DNA of 62,458 bases, filler included. It is 6 parts of 6 records of this genome, joined end to end, with 100 filler letters (N's around TTAATTAATTAA, not from the genome) between each part and the next. Parts side by side here need not be neighbours in the genome. Positions count along the whole stretch, not along the records: positions 42,257 to 52,055 come from SRR31147125_53326; positions 52,156 to 62,458 come from SRR31147125_53388; 4 more parts are not named here. The stretch is one strand, 5' to 3'. Position 1 is the stretch's first letter. Every line of letters starts with the position of its first letter. Below, in pieces: positions 43,796 to 54,434 of this stretch. Below the pieces are notes generated by a model that did no database searches, had not been told where the DNA came from, and worked only from the letters and a program-made list of their open reading frames with translations. Position numbers and translations under genes: made by a program.

Positions 43796-44452
43796 CTACA
43801 TGGCAATTTTGGCTTTAATTTTATCATGCTCCGCCTGCGCTTTTTTCATCTGTTCTTCAGACATCTGCGGTTCCAGCGTCTTCAGCATCTCCTGAGCATT
43901 AGGATGCCCCTGGTCTGCAGCCAGCTTAGCCCAGGCATAGCCGGTTTCATTGCTTTGCGGAAAGCCCAACCCCTGAGCATAGAGAACACTGATATTGAAC
44001 TGCGATTGGACATTGCCCAGTTCCGCAGCACGCATGAAATACTTCCCGGCATCAACGTAACTGCCCTCAACCTCTTCCCCTTCAACGTAGAGCATTCCCA
44101 GACTGAACAGAGCACCGATATGGTCTTTCTCGGCGGCTTTCTCCCACTGAACCCTGGCTTGAAGCATATCCTTATTCGTGCCATCGCCACGGGCAAACAT
44201 CAGTCCGATGTAGTAGATCGCATCAGCCTCACCCTGCTCAGCCGCCTTGTCCCACCATTTCCGAGCTTCGATAAAGTCCTGTTCAACATCGCCACCTTTG
44301 ACATACGTCAGACCGACATTGACCTGGGCTTTCGCATCACCCTGTTCCGCCTGTTTCAGCAATTGATCAAAAGAAACGTCTTCAGCAAAAGCGGGCAGAC
44401 AGCAGCACATCAGAAGAAGTAGAGTCGAGATAAGAACAGTCAAACGTTTCAT
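43796..44452 (-). CDS. exported Sel1-like repeat protein
   Basis: Signal peptide (PAFA-E) and four Sel1 repeats (KAAEQG.ADA.Y.IG..F..G.G). Confidence 0.9.
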   Translation of the reverse strand: MKRLTVLISTLLLLMCCCLPAFAEDVSFDQLLKQAEQGDAKAQVNVGLTYVKGGDVEQDFIEARKWWDKAAEQGEADAIYYIGLMFARGDGTNKDMLQARVQWEKAAEKDHIGALFSLGMLYVEGEEVEGSYVDAGKYFMRAAELGNVQSQFNISVLYAQGLGFPQSNETGYAWAKLAADQGHPNAQEMLKTLEPQMSEEQMKKAQAEHDKIKAKIAM

Positions 44453-44696
44453 AGGATCATTCCTTCGGAAAAGAGTGTCGATTATTTCAACAATAATTAA
44501 GGGAGGAATAGGAAGCGAGATACATGCCACAAACCAGACCGCATCGCAGCCATCATTCCCGGGAGCAGGTAACAGCGCGGCAACACATCATTTTTAAGTC
44601 ATTAGTTTTCTGAAATATTAAAACCGCCAGCCTGCAACAAGAACACACACGAGAAGGGTCAGGGGATATGCCGCATCCACCGCCGGACCGATCCCT

Positions 44697-45116
44697 TTAA
44701 TCAGCAGGCAGCAGGGCATCTGCCGCAGCTTGTCGCAACCGCTCTTTCTGTTGAGAATCATATGGAACCGCTGGTGAATGGCCCCAAACGGGACCCGGCC
44801 ACGCTGGATCATCAACAAAGCGCCCGACATGATGGATGTGAAGCTGACTGACAACGTTCCCAAGTGCGGCAACATTCAACTTGTCGAAGGGAAAATAGCC
44901 CTCCATCCACAAGGATAACGCACGCGACTCACGCAAAAACTGGGATTGTTCCTGCTCACACAGTTGATGCAGTTCTGTCACACCACTGCGCCTGGGAACC
45001 AGAATAAACCAGGGGTAACGACTGTCATTTATCAGCAGCAACCGGCACAGCTCCAAATCACCACAATCGATCGTGTCGTTCTGCAAACGTGGATCCAGAA
45101 CAAAAGTGTCCGTCAT
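44697..45116 (-). CDS. HIT family protein
   Basis: LDPRLQND, YPWFILVPR, KLNVAALGNVVSQLHIHH, DPAWPGPVWG. Confidence 0.92.
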   Translation of the reverse strand: MTDTFVLDPRLQNDTIDCGDLELCRLLLINDSRYPWFILVPRRSGVTELHQLCEQEQSQFLRESRALSLWMEGYFPFDKLNVAALGNVVSQLHIHHVGRFVDDPAWPGPVWGHSPAVPYDSQQKERLRQAAADALLPAD

Positions 45117-45119
45117 TCC

Positions 45120-47279
45120 CTAATCCTTAGTGATCAACCAGCAGTTATGAATCCGCGGATTGCGCTCAAAATCGAAGGGGATCGTTCGGGCGCTGATATT
45201 TTCAATCGTCAACTGCGGCAGCGCTTCGGCATCCATCTTGAAGCGTCTCAGGTTATTGGAAAACAGCAGCATCCCCCCCGGGGCCAGCAGCTTCGCAGCC
45301 CGGGTCAGAAGATCCACATGATCACGCTGAACGTCAAATGTTGTATCCATCGATTTGGAGTTGGAAAACGTCGGTGGATCGAGAAAGATCAGGTCATACG
45401 GTCCGCTGGCGTGCTCCAACCAGGTCAGGCAATCGGCCTGGATCAATTCCTGCTGGTCAGCGTCAAAGCCGTTCAGCTCAATATTTTTCTGCGCCCATTC
45501 GAGGTAAGCACGCGACATATCCACCGTCGTTGTCGAGCGCGCTCCCCCTGTCAGCGCGTGAACCGTCGCAGTCCCAGTATAGGCGAACAGGTTGAGGAAA
45601 CGCTTCCCCTGCGCCATCTCCTGAATCAAAAAACGCGTGGAGCGATGATCGAGAAACAGCCCGGTATCGAGATAGTCCGTCAGATTGACAAGAAAGCGAC
45701 AGTCCCCTTCCCTGACTTCTTTCAGGATGCCGCGTCGATCCTGTTTCTGATACTGCTGCGCTCCCTTCTGTTGCTGTCTCACTTTCAGGTGGATCTGCTC
45801 CGGCGGTAATTCCAGAACCTGCGGAACGGCAGCGATCACATCGTTCAGACGCTGCTCCGCTTTTCTCTGATCAATATCTTTCGGCGCACGATATTCCTGC
45901 AGATGGACTTCATCACCGTAAATATCCACAGCAACAGCATACTCAGGCAGGTCGGCATCATAAAGACGATAACAATTGATCTCCTCACGCCCGGCCCATT
46001 TGCGAAATTTTTTCAGATTTTTCCGCAACCGATTGGCAAACATCTCCGCACCGGGAGAGAGTGGTTTTTTGACCGTTTTACCTGCGCCCTGCTCAAGCGA
46101 TTGCCAGCGATTCCGCTCGTTCAGATCAAATTGCAGCAGCTGACATTTCAACGCACCGTTGTACAGCACGTTGATCTTCCCTGCGCGCAGGCCGATGCTG
46201 CGGCCCAGCTGCTGATTTGAGGTAATCACAGCTGCGCGCCAACCGCGACAACAGGTCGCCATCTTCTGACCCAGAAGATTGTAGAGGTCAGCCAGCTTCT
46301 GGGCATCGCCCAGCCGCTCTCCGTAGGGAGGATTGGCCACCAGTAACCCGGTGTCCACTCCGGGGATAGCTTGAAGCTCTCTGAGAGTCCGGCGTTCAAA
46401 GTGAACCACTTTGTCCAATCCGGCCCGCTCGGCGTGCAACCATGCGGCCTTCACGGCCCTGCGATCACTGTCGTAGCCGACAATGGGCGGCACCGGTTTC
46501 TGCAGCCCGTCACTGTGGCGAGCCTGTGCCTCTTCCATCAACGCATCCCAGGCCGAGGGGTCATGTTGCTTCCAGCGCAGGAAGCCGAAATAATCGCGCA
46601 GCAGTCCCGGTGCGGTGTCCGTTGCCATCAACGCCGCTTCGAGGGGTAAGGATCCCGAACCACACAGCGGATCGATCAGACCTCCTCCCTGAGCGCAAAT
46701 CTCCTGCCAGCCCCCTCGGATCAAAATCGCCGCTGCCAGGTTCTCTTTCAGCGGGGCATGCACGCCATCAACCCGATACCCGCGTCGATGCAGGCTGTCT
46801 CCGGACAGATCAAGACTGAGGGTTGCACGGTTTCTGAACACATGAAGATTGATGCGGAGATCGGGCTGCTCGACCGAGACCGACGGGCGCTCACCGGTGC
46901 GTGAACGAAACTGGTCGACGACAGCGTCTTTAACCCGCAAAGCAGCATAGCGTGAGTGGGTCAGGCTGGATTGAGACAAGGAGGCATCGACCGCAAAGGT
47001 ATTTGAGATGGCAAGATGAGACGCCCAGTCGATGTTGAGCGCTTCGCTGTGCAACTGATCTGCCGATTCAGCATCGAACTGTGCCAGCGGCATCAAGACA
47101 CGGCTGGCCAGCCGCGACCAGAGGCAAACCCGATAGGCGTCCTTCAACGCACCGCTGAAACGCACTCCGGCCCGTTCCTCGGTCACACCATCCAGACCGA
47201 GTTGATTCAGCTCCGTTGCGAGGAGAGGCTCAAGCCCCAGTGCTGCGGTGACAAAAAAGCTCTGTTGTCCCATTTTCAT
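45120..47279 (-). CDS. rlmL: bifunctional 23S rRNA m2G2445/m7G2069 methyltransferase RlmKL
   Basis: THUMP domain, SLHRRGYR, APLKENLAAA, DPLCGSG, NPPYGERLG, YRLYDADLPEY, DYLDTGLFLDHR, DPPTFSNSK. Confidence 0.96.
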   Translation of the reverse strand: MKMGQQSFFVTAALGLEPLLATELNQLGLDGVTEERAGVRFSGALKDAYRVCLWSRLASRVLMPLAQFDAESADQLHSEALNIDWASHLAISNTFAVDASLSQSSLTHSRYAALRVKDAVVDQFRSRTGERPSVSVEQPDLRINLHVFRNRATLSLDLSGDSLHRRGYRVDGVHAPLKENLAAAILIRGGWQEICAQGGGLIDPLCGSGSLPLEAALMATDTAPGLLRDYFGFLRWKQHDPSAWDALMEEAQARHSDGLQKPVPPIVGYDSDRRAVKAAWLHAERAGLDKVVHFERRTLRELQAIPGVDTGLLVANPPYGERLGDAQKLADLYNLLGQKMATCCRGWRAAVITSNQQLGRSIGLRAGKINVLYNGALKCQLLQFDLNERNRWQSLEQGAGKTVKKPLSPGAEMFANRLRKNLKKFRKWAGREEINCYRLYDADLPEYAVAVDIYGDEVHLQEYRAPKDIDQRKAEQRLNDVIAAVPQVLELPPEQIHLKVRQQQKGAQQYQKQDRRGILKEVREGDCRFLVNLTDYLDTGLFLDHRSTRFLIQEMAQGKRFLNLFAYTGTATVHALTGGARSTTTVDMSRAYLEWAQKNIELNGFDADQQELIQADCLTWLEHASGPYDLIFLDPPTFSNSKSMDTTFDVQRDHVDLLTRAAKLLAPGGMLLFSNNLRRFKMDAEALPQLTIENISARTIPFDFERNPRIHNCWLITKD

Positions 47280-47362
47280 CTGCCTCTGTGTGATCGTTTA
47301 GCGGCAGCAAAAACAGAACCGGAGACTGTGATCGCCGGGCAAAGCTTCGTTGCCTGAACGCA

Positions 47363-50311
47363 TTATATTTTTCGGATCTGTAAGGTGGTGCCTTCGGGCA
47401 ACTCGTTGGCTTCATTCAGAGCGGCTTCTCCAGCAAGAACCGAGATCGCGCTCGCCCCATTTTGCAGATATTCGGATGCAACTTTCTTCAAAGCAGCGGC
47501 ATCAACACTTAACAGCTGCTGGCGCATTGTGTTGCGCATCTCCAGAGTGACTCCCTGGCGGATGTTGGCGAACTCCTGGCCTCCGGCACCGGCAGGAGAG
47601 AGCGGCTTATCAAGATCACTGAACACAGCCAGAATCGCTTCCTTCACCGATTCTTCGGGGTATTCTCCAGCAGCAGCCCATGCGATCGCCTGATCATAGA
47701 CCTTCAGGGTCCGCTGAATATGCGGGTCACGATAAGAGAGCATGCTGAACAGCCCTGCCTCCGCATTATAGCTGGCCAGGCCACCGTAAGCGCCCCCCTT
47801 TTCACGGATTTCCCGATGAAGAAATTCCGCCCTGAGCAGTTTGGACAAAACCGTCAAAGCGGCGCCGTCCGGGTGCGTGTAGGGGACAGCCCGGAAAACC
47901 CGGGTGACATAATTGACCGGCAACGACCAGACGATCCCCTGACTGACTGGTTCCCCAGAGAAGCTGTCATCCGATTTTTCAGGGACCTGCTCGGCTTCAG
48001 GCAGGTGCTGTTTCAGTTGAGCCAGAGAGGGGCGGAAGGTGTCAAAATTGCTTTTCTCAACCGTAACCGCGACACGCAGAGTCGAGCGATTAAACAGTCG
48101 TCCTGCAATCTGCCTGAAGATCTCTGCCACGGACTCCATCTGTTCAACACTGCGCCCGGCCAGATCACGGACCAGAGTCACCTGCGAGAAGCCGCTCCAT
48201 TCTTCACGCAGACGCGCGGCAGGTGACAGACAAGCCGCCGCAGTACGGGCCGCATAGGTGTGGCCGGAGTGAGGAACAGAGTTCTCCATCGATACCTGCA
48301 GTTGATTCAGGACCGTGTGTATCCGCTGAAGGTCACTGAAATCGGGAGTCAAAAGGAAGTCTTCCAGCAACCCGAAGAGGGGTTCCGCATTACGGACCAG
48401 CGCTTTCCCTTTGAGCTCAAAAGAAGCGTCCCACTCAGACAGGGACTGCGGGCTGTCAAGCAGAGAAGTGCGCGCCGATATCCCACCAGTGACCGCCTCC
48501 ATCGCCTCTGCCATCTCCAGGTAATCACGTCCCCCTGCGCCAACCTGCGTCAGAAGACTGCTGAATACAGGAAGATACTTCAGCTGCTCAGCGGTCAGGC
48601 AATCGATCCCGAAATTGAGCGTGACAACACCGATGCCATTGGTCGGCTGATCGAACCAGTAAGTGCCTTTGTCATCGTCGAGCACCTCTGCGACAACCTC
48701 ATGCTCAAGCTCCGGAATATCGGTCAACTCAAGAGTCGGCAGACAGGACAGGTCTTCCTCCTCTTCCTGGGCCGCTTTCAACGCCAGGGCCTGATCCACC
48801 AGACGCTGTTTTTCCTCCGCAGATAAGCCTTTTTCAATCGCATCCAGAACAACACGTGTTGCTGCATCCTGATCCGGTCCCAGCTGCGTATCCGGCTTCA
48901 GACACAAGACCACACGGTGCGCATTGTTCAGCAGCTGCTCGCGGATCAACGTTTCAAAGAAGGGCCCCTTGTCGAGCTCGCGCCTCAACTGCTCCAGATT
49001 CTCTTCAAAATCGAGGGTTGCCCGGGGATCGCCGCCATGAATCCAGGGACCGAGCAGGCGCATCAACAGAAGCAGCGAATAGGGATAGCTGTCGCCGGTC
49101 ACTTCTCGATTGGCAAACTCAAGACGATGAATCGCCGCGTCGATCCGCGACCGGGAGAATCCGTCCTTTGCGACCTGCTCCAATGTGTCCAAAATAAGCT
49201 GCTCTATCGTTCCGGTCTGATCAGGATCTGTCCCCTGAAGACCAGCGGCAAAATAGGTGGTCCGGTTGTCGTCATGGAATCCCGATCCGGGCGCAAGGTT
49301 CGCCCCCAATCCGGAGTCGAGCAGAGCTTTGTACAACGGCGCTGCCGGGTTTCCAAGCAGCAACGCCGACAACAGAGACATGGCCAGCCGCTCAAAGCTG
49401 TCATTGACATCACATCCGAGCCAGGCAACCTGCGTCAGTGAACGCTTCTCCAAAGGTTCCCCGGCATCGAGCGGATACGGCTCAACCACGCTGACCGGTT
49501 GCCCCAGAGAGACCTCGACCGGCACTTCACTGTCCGGGTCGATTCTGTCAAAGTGTTGCAGAACGCGCTCATCAACAACAGCCAGAAGCTCGGACAGGTC
49601 AAGGTTGCCTGAGCTGAAAAACCAGGAGTTACTGGGATGATAGTAACGCGCGTGAAAATCTTTCAGCTGCTGCCAGGTCAGCGAGGGGATGTCCTCCGGC
49701 TCGCCCCCCGAGTTATGGCGGTAGGTGGTCGTCGGATACAGGTGCTTGTCCATCCGTCTTGATAACAGCGACGACGGGTCGGACATGGCGCCCTTCATTT
49801 CGTTATAAACAACACCCTTGTATTCCAGCGGCGATTCCGGATTGTCCAGCTCCGCATACTCCAGGCGATGCCCTTCCTGGCTGAAATCCCGTTCAGTCAA
49901 CTGCGGGAAGAAAGCGGCGTCCAGATAAATATCCAGCAGATTGAAAAAATCTTTCCGGTTGGTACTGGAGAACGGGTACAGGGTCCAGTCGCTCGCGGTC
50001 ATGGCGTTCATGAAGCTGTTCAAGCTCCGTTTAAGCATGGAGAAAAACGGATCACGCACCGGGAAATGTTTCGATCCGCACAGGGCGGTATGTTCAAGGA
50101 TATGCGCAACTCCGGTCGAATCATCCGGAGGCGTCCTGAATCCGACACCAAAAAGATGGTTGTCATCATTCCGCTCCAGATGCATGAAGCGGGCACCGGT
50201 CTGACGGTGCTCAAGGCGGATCATCGTTGCATTGATGATCGGAAGGTCATCGACCTGTTCAACTCTGAAACCATGGACGTCCTGTCCCGGCATGAAAGAC
50301 TGTCTGTTCAT
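47363..50311 (-). CDS. M16C (presequence protease/insulinase-like) metallopeptidase
   Basis: GVAHILEH (HxxEH), RDPFFSMLKRSLNSFMNAMT, GVVYNEMKG, IREKGGAYGG, SYRDP. Confidence 0.95.
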   Translation of the reverse strand: MNRQSFMPGQDVHGFRVEQVDDLPIINATMIRLEHRQTGARFMHLERNDDNHLFGVGFRTPPDDSTGVAHILEHTALCGSKHFPVRDPFFSMLKRSLNSFMNAMTASDWTLYPFSSTNRKDFFNLLDIYLDAAFFPQLTERDFSQEGHRLEYAELDNPESPLEYKGVVYNEMKGAMSDPSSLLSRRMDKHLYPTTTYRHNSGGEPEDIPSLTWQQLKDFHARYYHPSNSWFFSSGNLDLSELLAVVDERVLQHFDRIDPDSEVPVEVSLGQPVSVVEPYPLDAGEPLEKRSLTQVAWLGCDVNDSFERLAMSLLSALLLGNPAAPLYKALLDSGLGANLAPGSGFHDDNRTTYFAAGLQGTDPDQTGTIEQLILDTLEQVAKDGFSRSRIDAAIHRLEFANREVTGDSYPYSLLLLMRLLGPWIHGGDPRATLDFEENLEQLRRELDKGPFFETLIREQLLNNAHRVVLCLKPDTQLGPDQDAATRVVLDAIEKGLSAEEKQRLVDQALALKAAQEEEEDLSCLPTLELTDIPELEHEVVAEVLDDDKGTYWFDQPTNGIGVVTLNFGIDCLTAEQLKYLPVFSSLLTQVGAGGRDYLEMAEAMEAVTGGISARTSLLDSPQSLSEWDASFELKGKALVRNAEPLFGLLEDFLLTPDFSDLQRIHTVLNQLQVSMENSVPHSGHTYAARTAAACLSPAARLREEWSGFSQVTLVRDLAGRSVEQMESVAEIFRQIAGRLFNRSTLRVAVTVEKSNFDTFRPSLAQLKQHLPEAEQVPEKSDDSFSGEPVSQGIVWSLPVNYVTRVFRAVPYTHPDGAALTVLSKLLRAEFLHREIREKGGAYGGLASYNAEAGLFSMLSYRDPHIQRTLKVYDQAIAWAAAGEYPEESVKEAILAVFSDLDKPLSPAGAGGQEFANIRQGVTLEMRNTMRQQLLSVDAAALKKVASEYLQNGASAISVLAGEAALNEANELPEGTTLQIRKI

Positions 50312-50403
50312 AAAAATCCTGGTAAGTGGAATACAAATCGTTGCTATCTGACATCACTAAGGTCAAATGATAGCCGACTCTTCACGGATGCGCCAGTCAC
50401 GGC

Positions 50404-52055
50404 TCATTTTTCATAGCGTAGCCATCCGGCACGAAGTAGCCATTTTTCTATTTCAACCGCGGCAAAAACCAGAGTTGACATCAGCAGGCAGACGACCAGC
50501 TCAACAACGCTCAACGCCTGTGTATGGAAAACCGACTGCAAGGCGGGAACATATATGATTCCCAGCTGAACTGCAATACTTAGCAGGACAGTCAGGTGTA
50601 ATATCGGATTCGACAAAAATCCAAGGCGAAAAAAGGACTCTTTCTCTGCCCGGATCGCCAGAGAGTTGAACAGTTGGCTGCAGCAGAGTACGGTGAACAC
50701 CATCGTCTGCCAATGCCAGTCGAACTGTATCGCCAGAGCTTGAGTCAGCAGACAGCTTCCACCCATCAGCAAACCGACCCAGAGGATCTGCTGCCACATG
50801 CCCCGGGCGAACAGACTTTCATCGGGCGATGTGGGAACACGCTTCATGACGCCTTTTTCCGCAGGTTCAAGAGCCAGAGCAAGACCTGGAGCACCATCGG
50901 TCACCAGGTTGATCCAAAGAATATGAATCGGCAGCAACGGAACGGGCAGCCCGAAAAAAGGCGCAAGAAAGATTGTCAGAATCTCCCCGGTGTTACTGGT
51001 CAGTGTGTACTTGATGAATTTGCGGATATTGGCATAGATAACTCGCCCTTCACGAACCGCATTGACAATCGTGGCAAAGTTATCGTCCAGCAGCACCATT
51101 CCAGCTGCTTCCTTGGCGACATCGGTGCCGGTGATTCCCATCGCGATACCGATTTCCGCCCGCTTCAGCGCCGGGGCGTCATTCACGCCGTCTCCCGTCA
51201 TCGCCACGACATGGCCGTTCTGTTGCAGAGCCTTAACGATTCTAAGTTTCTGATCCGGAGCGATACGAGCAAAGACGTTGAATTTTTCAACAAGGGCAGC
51301 CAGCTTCGTGTCATCACATTCGGCCAGATCGATCCCGGTCACCGCACGCGTTGACCCTGTGGTGGCAAGTCCGATCCGATCCGCAATGCTGACCGCTGTC
51401 AAAGGATGATCTCCCGTGATCATCAGCGGGCGGATGCCAGCTTCCCGACAACTTCTGACCGCGCCTTCCGACTCATTGCGGGGAGGGTCGAGCGAGCCGC
51501 TCACACCAGCGAAAACAAGGCCACTTTCTAACCGTGACAGATCTTCAGTAGGAGGCCATGGATCAATTCTACGCCAGGCGAAAGCAAGCACCCGCAAGCC
51601 GGAAGACGCCAGCGAATGGACCATATCATTTGCGGCATGATGATCTATTTGGGGACATTTCTTTGCGATCGCCTCAAAACTCCCCTTACACAGCAGGATC
51701 GCGCTCCCGTCCAGATATTGATGAATGGTACTCATCGACTGGCGCTCTGAACTGAACGGAATCTCAGCAAATCTGGGAAACTGAATCGCAGACAGCCTCG
51801 GGTTCACCCCCAGAGACACCGCCTTTGCGTACAAAGCCGTCTCCGTCGGATCACCGATCAATTCCCCCATACTGTTGCTACTCACTTCGTGGCATAACGC
51901 CAGAGCCAGAACAAGCGGATCATCCTCCGACACCGACTCAAGCGTGACAGGGCAAAGCTGACCATCGTACAACGCCTCAACCGACATCCGGTTCTGCGTC
52001 AGGGTTCCAGTCTTGTCACTGCAGATACAGCTTGTCGAGCCCAGTGTCTCAACCG
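50404..52055 (-). CDS. cation-translocating P-type ATPase (type IIA, Ca2+-like), 5' end cut
   Basis: ICSDKTGTL near the contig edge, MITGDH, MTGDGVNDAPALK, ILWINLVTDG. Confidence 0.95.
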
Positions 52056-52155
52056 NNNNNNNNNNNNNNNNNNNNNNNNNNNNNNNNNNNNNNNNNNNNT
52101 TAATTAATTAANNNNNNNNNNNNNNNNNNNNNNNNNNNNNNNNNNNNNNNNNNNN
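52056..52155. other. artificial contig spacer
   Basis: N-run with TTAATTAATTAA. Confidence 0.98.
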
Positions 52156-52156
52156 G

Positions 52157-52294
52157 GGAGTCGTGAGGTTTTCAATACCGCTGCTCGGCTCCGACGAGTG
52201 GGAGTTTATCTGCCGGAAGGAGTGTCGTGTCGGCGACCGGGTCGAAGTGCTCGATGTGTCGGGAAATACGTTGATTGTACAGACAAAGAACTGA
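52157..52294 (+). CDS. NfeD family protein, C-terminal OB-fold fragment
   Basis: Translates to GVVRFSIPLLGSDEW...VGDRVEVLDVSGNTLIV; lies upstream of a stomatin gene, the canonical pairing. Confidence 0.8.
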   Translation, partial: GVVRFSIPLLGSDEWEFICRKECRVGDRVEVLDVSGNTLIVQTKN

Positions 52295-52370
52295 ATCGCA
52301 TAACTCATAACTACTTGGGAGACTTGAATAATTCAAGATTCCCTTCAGTCCCTCACAGGAGGTAAGACTC

Positions 52371-53231
52371 ATGGAAATCGGCGTACTCTACTCAACCTTC
52401 ATCTTCGTTCTGATTGTCGGCGTGACGCTCTTCAAGGGCGTCAAGATCGTCCCGCAGGGGTCGAAATGGGTCATCCAGCGGCTCGGGAAATATCACTCGA
52501 CGCTGACCCCGGGGCTCAACTTCATCATCCCTTACTTCGACCGGGTCGCATACAAGGTAACCACGAAGGATATCGTCCTCGACATCCCGAGCCAGGACGT
52601 CATCACCAAGGACAACGTGGTAATCATTGCCAACGCGGTTGCATTCATCAACATCCTGCACCCGGAAAAGGCCGTGTACGGGGTCGAGAACTACATCATC
52701 GCGATCCAGAATCTGGTGCAGACATCGCTGCGATCGATCGTCGGCGAGATGCAGCTCGACGATGCGCTCTCCAGCCGCGACAAGATCAAGGCGACGCTGA
52801 AGGCATCTATTTCGGACGATATCTCAGACTGGGGCATCACCCTGAAAACAGTCGAGATCCAGGATATCAACCCCAGCTCGACCATGCAGAAGGCGATGGA
52901 GGAGCAGGCGGCGGCCGAGCGTGAGCGGAGAGCCACGGTAACCCGTGCGGACGGAGAGAAGCAAGCCGCCATCCTGCAGGCGGAAGGCCGGCTCGAAGCC
53001 TCCAAGCGTGACGGCCAGGCCAAAATCGTGCTCGCCGACGCGAGCCAGCAGGCCATTGAGAAGGTCACGCAGGCGATCAAGGACCAGGAGCTGCCGGTCA
53101 TGTATCTGCTCGGCGAGCGCTACATCGAGGCGATCAAGAACATGGCCTCGTCCGACAACGCGAAGACCATCGTGCTGCCGGCGGATATCCCTGCGGCGGT
53201 CCGGGGCATCATGGGTGGATTGAAGAAATAG
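52371..53231 (+). CDS. SPFH/band 7 (stomatin, QmcA-like) protein
   Basis: RLGKY...L.PGLNFIIP, Q.VITKDNV, T.LRSIVG, VEIQDI, QAAAERERRA. Confidence 0.93.
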   Translation: MEIGVLYSTFIFVLIVGVTLFKGVKIVPQGSKWVIQRLGKYHSTLTPGLNFIIPYFDRVAYKVTTKDIVLDIPSQDVITKDNVVIIANAVAFINILHPEKAVYGVENYIIAIQNLVQTSLRSIVGEMQLDDALSSRDKIKATLKASISDDISDWGITLKTVEIQDINPSSTMQKAMEEQAAAERERRATVTRADGEKQAAILQAEGRLEASKRDGQAKIVLADASQQAIEKVTQAIKDQELPVMYLLGERYIEAIKNMASSDNAKTIVLPADIPAAVRGIMGGLKK

Positions 53232-53240
53232 GTTTTCACG

Positions 53241-54434
53241 GTGCTGCCCTCTTATTCCCACTCACTGCGAACAACATTCAAGGCCGGGCTGCTCATCCTG
53301 CTGCTGGTTTCAGGCTCGACCCTGCATGCCGGGGACGGCCCGATCATTCTCGGTCAGTCCTGCGCTCTGACCGGCCCCGCCAAAAATCTCGGCATCGAAA
53401 TGCGGGCGGGTCTGCTGGCGGCCTTTGGCTACATCAATGACAGCGGCGGGATCAACGGCCGGGAAATCCACCTGATCAGTCTTGACGACGGCTACGAGCC
53501 GGACAAGGCGGTCCAGAACACCCGCAGGCTGATCAACGATGACGACGTATTCCTGCTGATCGGGGAAGTCGGCACGCCCACGTCCAAGGCGGTTGTCCCG
53601 ATCATCGAAGTACATGAGATTCCATTCTTTGCACCGTTTACCGGGGCCGAACTGCTGCGAACACCGTTCAGAAAGTATGTGATCAACGTTCGGCCCAGCT
53701 ACTACCAGGAAATGGAGAAACTCGCGTCCTACCTTGTCAACAAAATGGGATTCGAACGGATCTCCTGCTTCTACCAGAACGACAGCTACGGGTACAGCGG
53801 CCTGCAGGGAATAGAACAGGCGCTTGAGCGGCGGGGAATGGAACTCGTCTCGAAAGCCAGCTACGAGCGCAACACGCTGGCCGTCATGGGCAGCGTGCGG
53901 GAGATCTACCGCGCTGATCCCCAGGCGGTCGTCCTGGTCGGAGCTTACACCGCCTGTGCCGAGTTCATCAAGCTGAGCAAAATCAAGGTGAATCCGGATA
54001 TCACCTTCTGCAACATCTCTTTCGTCGGTACCGAGAGTCTCAAAGAGGCACTCGGCTCTTACGGTGAAAACGTCATCGTGTCCCAGGTAGTGCCGGATCC
54101 CCAGGACGACTCGATCGGACTGGTACGCGAATACCAGGAATCCATGAAACGCTATCAGCACGATGCCCTGCGCAGCTTCACCAGCCTCGAAGGCTACATT
54201 GCGGGTAAACTTTTTGCCGCCATCGCACGGGCAGTTCCGGATGAGCTGACACGGGAAGCATTCATCGCAACCATGCACGAAGTCGGAACGTTCAACCTGG
54301 GCGGCCTCATCCTGACGTTCGCCGATGACGACCACCAGGGCCTCGATACGATCAACCTGACCTCGATCTATCCGGAGATTATCGACATCCAGATGAAATC
54401 CGACGAACCCGGCACCGCCGAAGGTGGTCAATGA
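53241..54434 (+). CDS. type I periplasmic binding protein (LivJ-like), probably sensory
   Basis: LGQSCALTGP, GGINGREI.L..LDDGYEP, GEVGTPTS, SLEGYIA; overlaps the kinase start; no permease nearby. Confidence 0.88.
   Translation: MLPSYSHSLRTTFKAGLLILLLVSGSTLHAGDGPIILGQSCALTGPAKNLGIEMRAGLLAAFGYINDSGGINGREIHLISLDDGYEPDKAVQNTRRLINDDDVFLLIGEVGTPTSKAVVPIIEVHEIPFFAPFTGAELLRTPFRKYVINVRPSYYQEMEKLASYLVNKMGFERISCFYQNDSYGYSGLQGIEQALERRGMELVSKASYERNTLAVMGSVREIYRADPQAVVLVGAYTACAEFIKLSKIKVNPDITFCNISFVGTESLKEALGSYGENVIVSQVVPDPQDDSIGLVREYQESMKRYQHDALRSFTSLEGYIAGKLFAAIARAVPDELTREAFIATMHEVGTFNLGGLILTFADDDHQGLDTINLTSIYPEIIDIQMKSDEPGTAEGGQ

Noticed and set aside
47363-50311. Eukaryote-like presequence protease as recent HGT
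   Set aside because: M16C peptidases are known in many anaerobic bacteria and the composition matches neighbouring genes
23329-52155. Recurrent TTAATTAATTAA motif as a biological repeat
   Set aside because: Always centred in N-runs; a standard six-frame-stop linker
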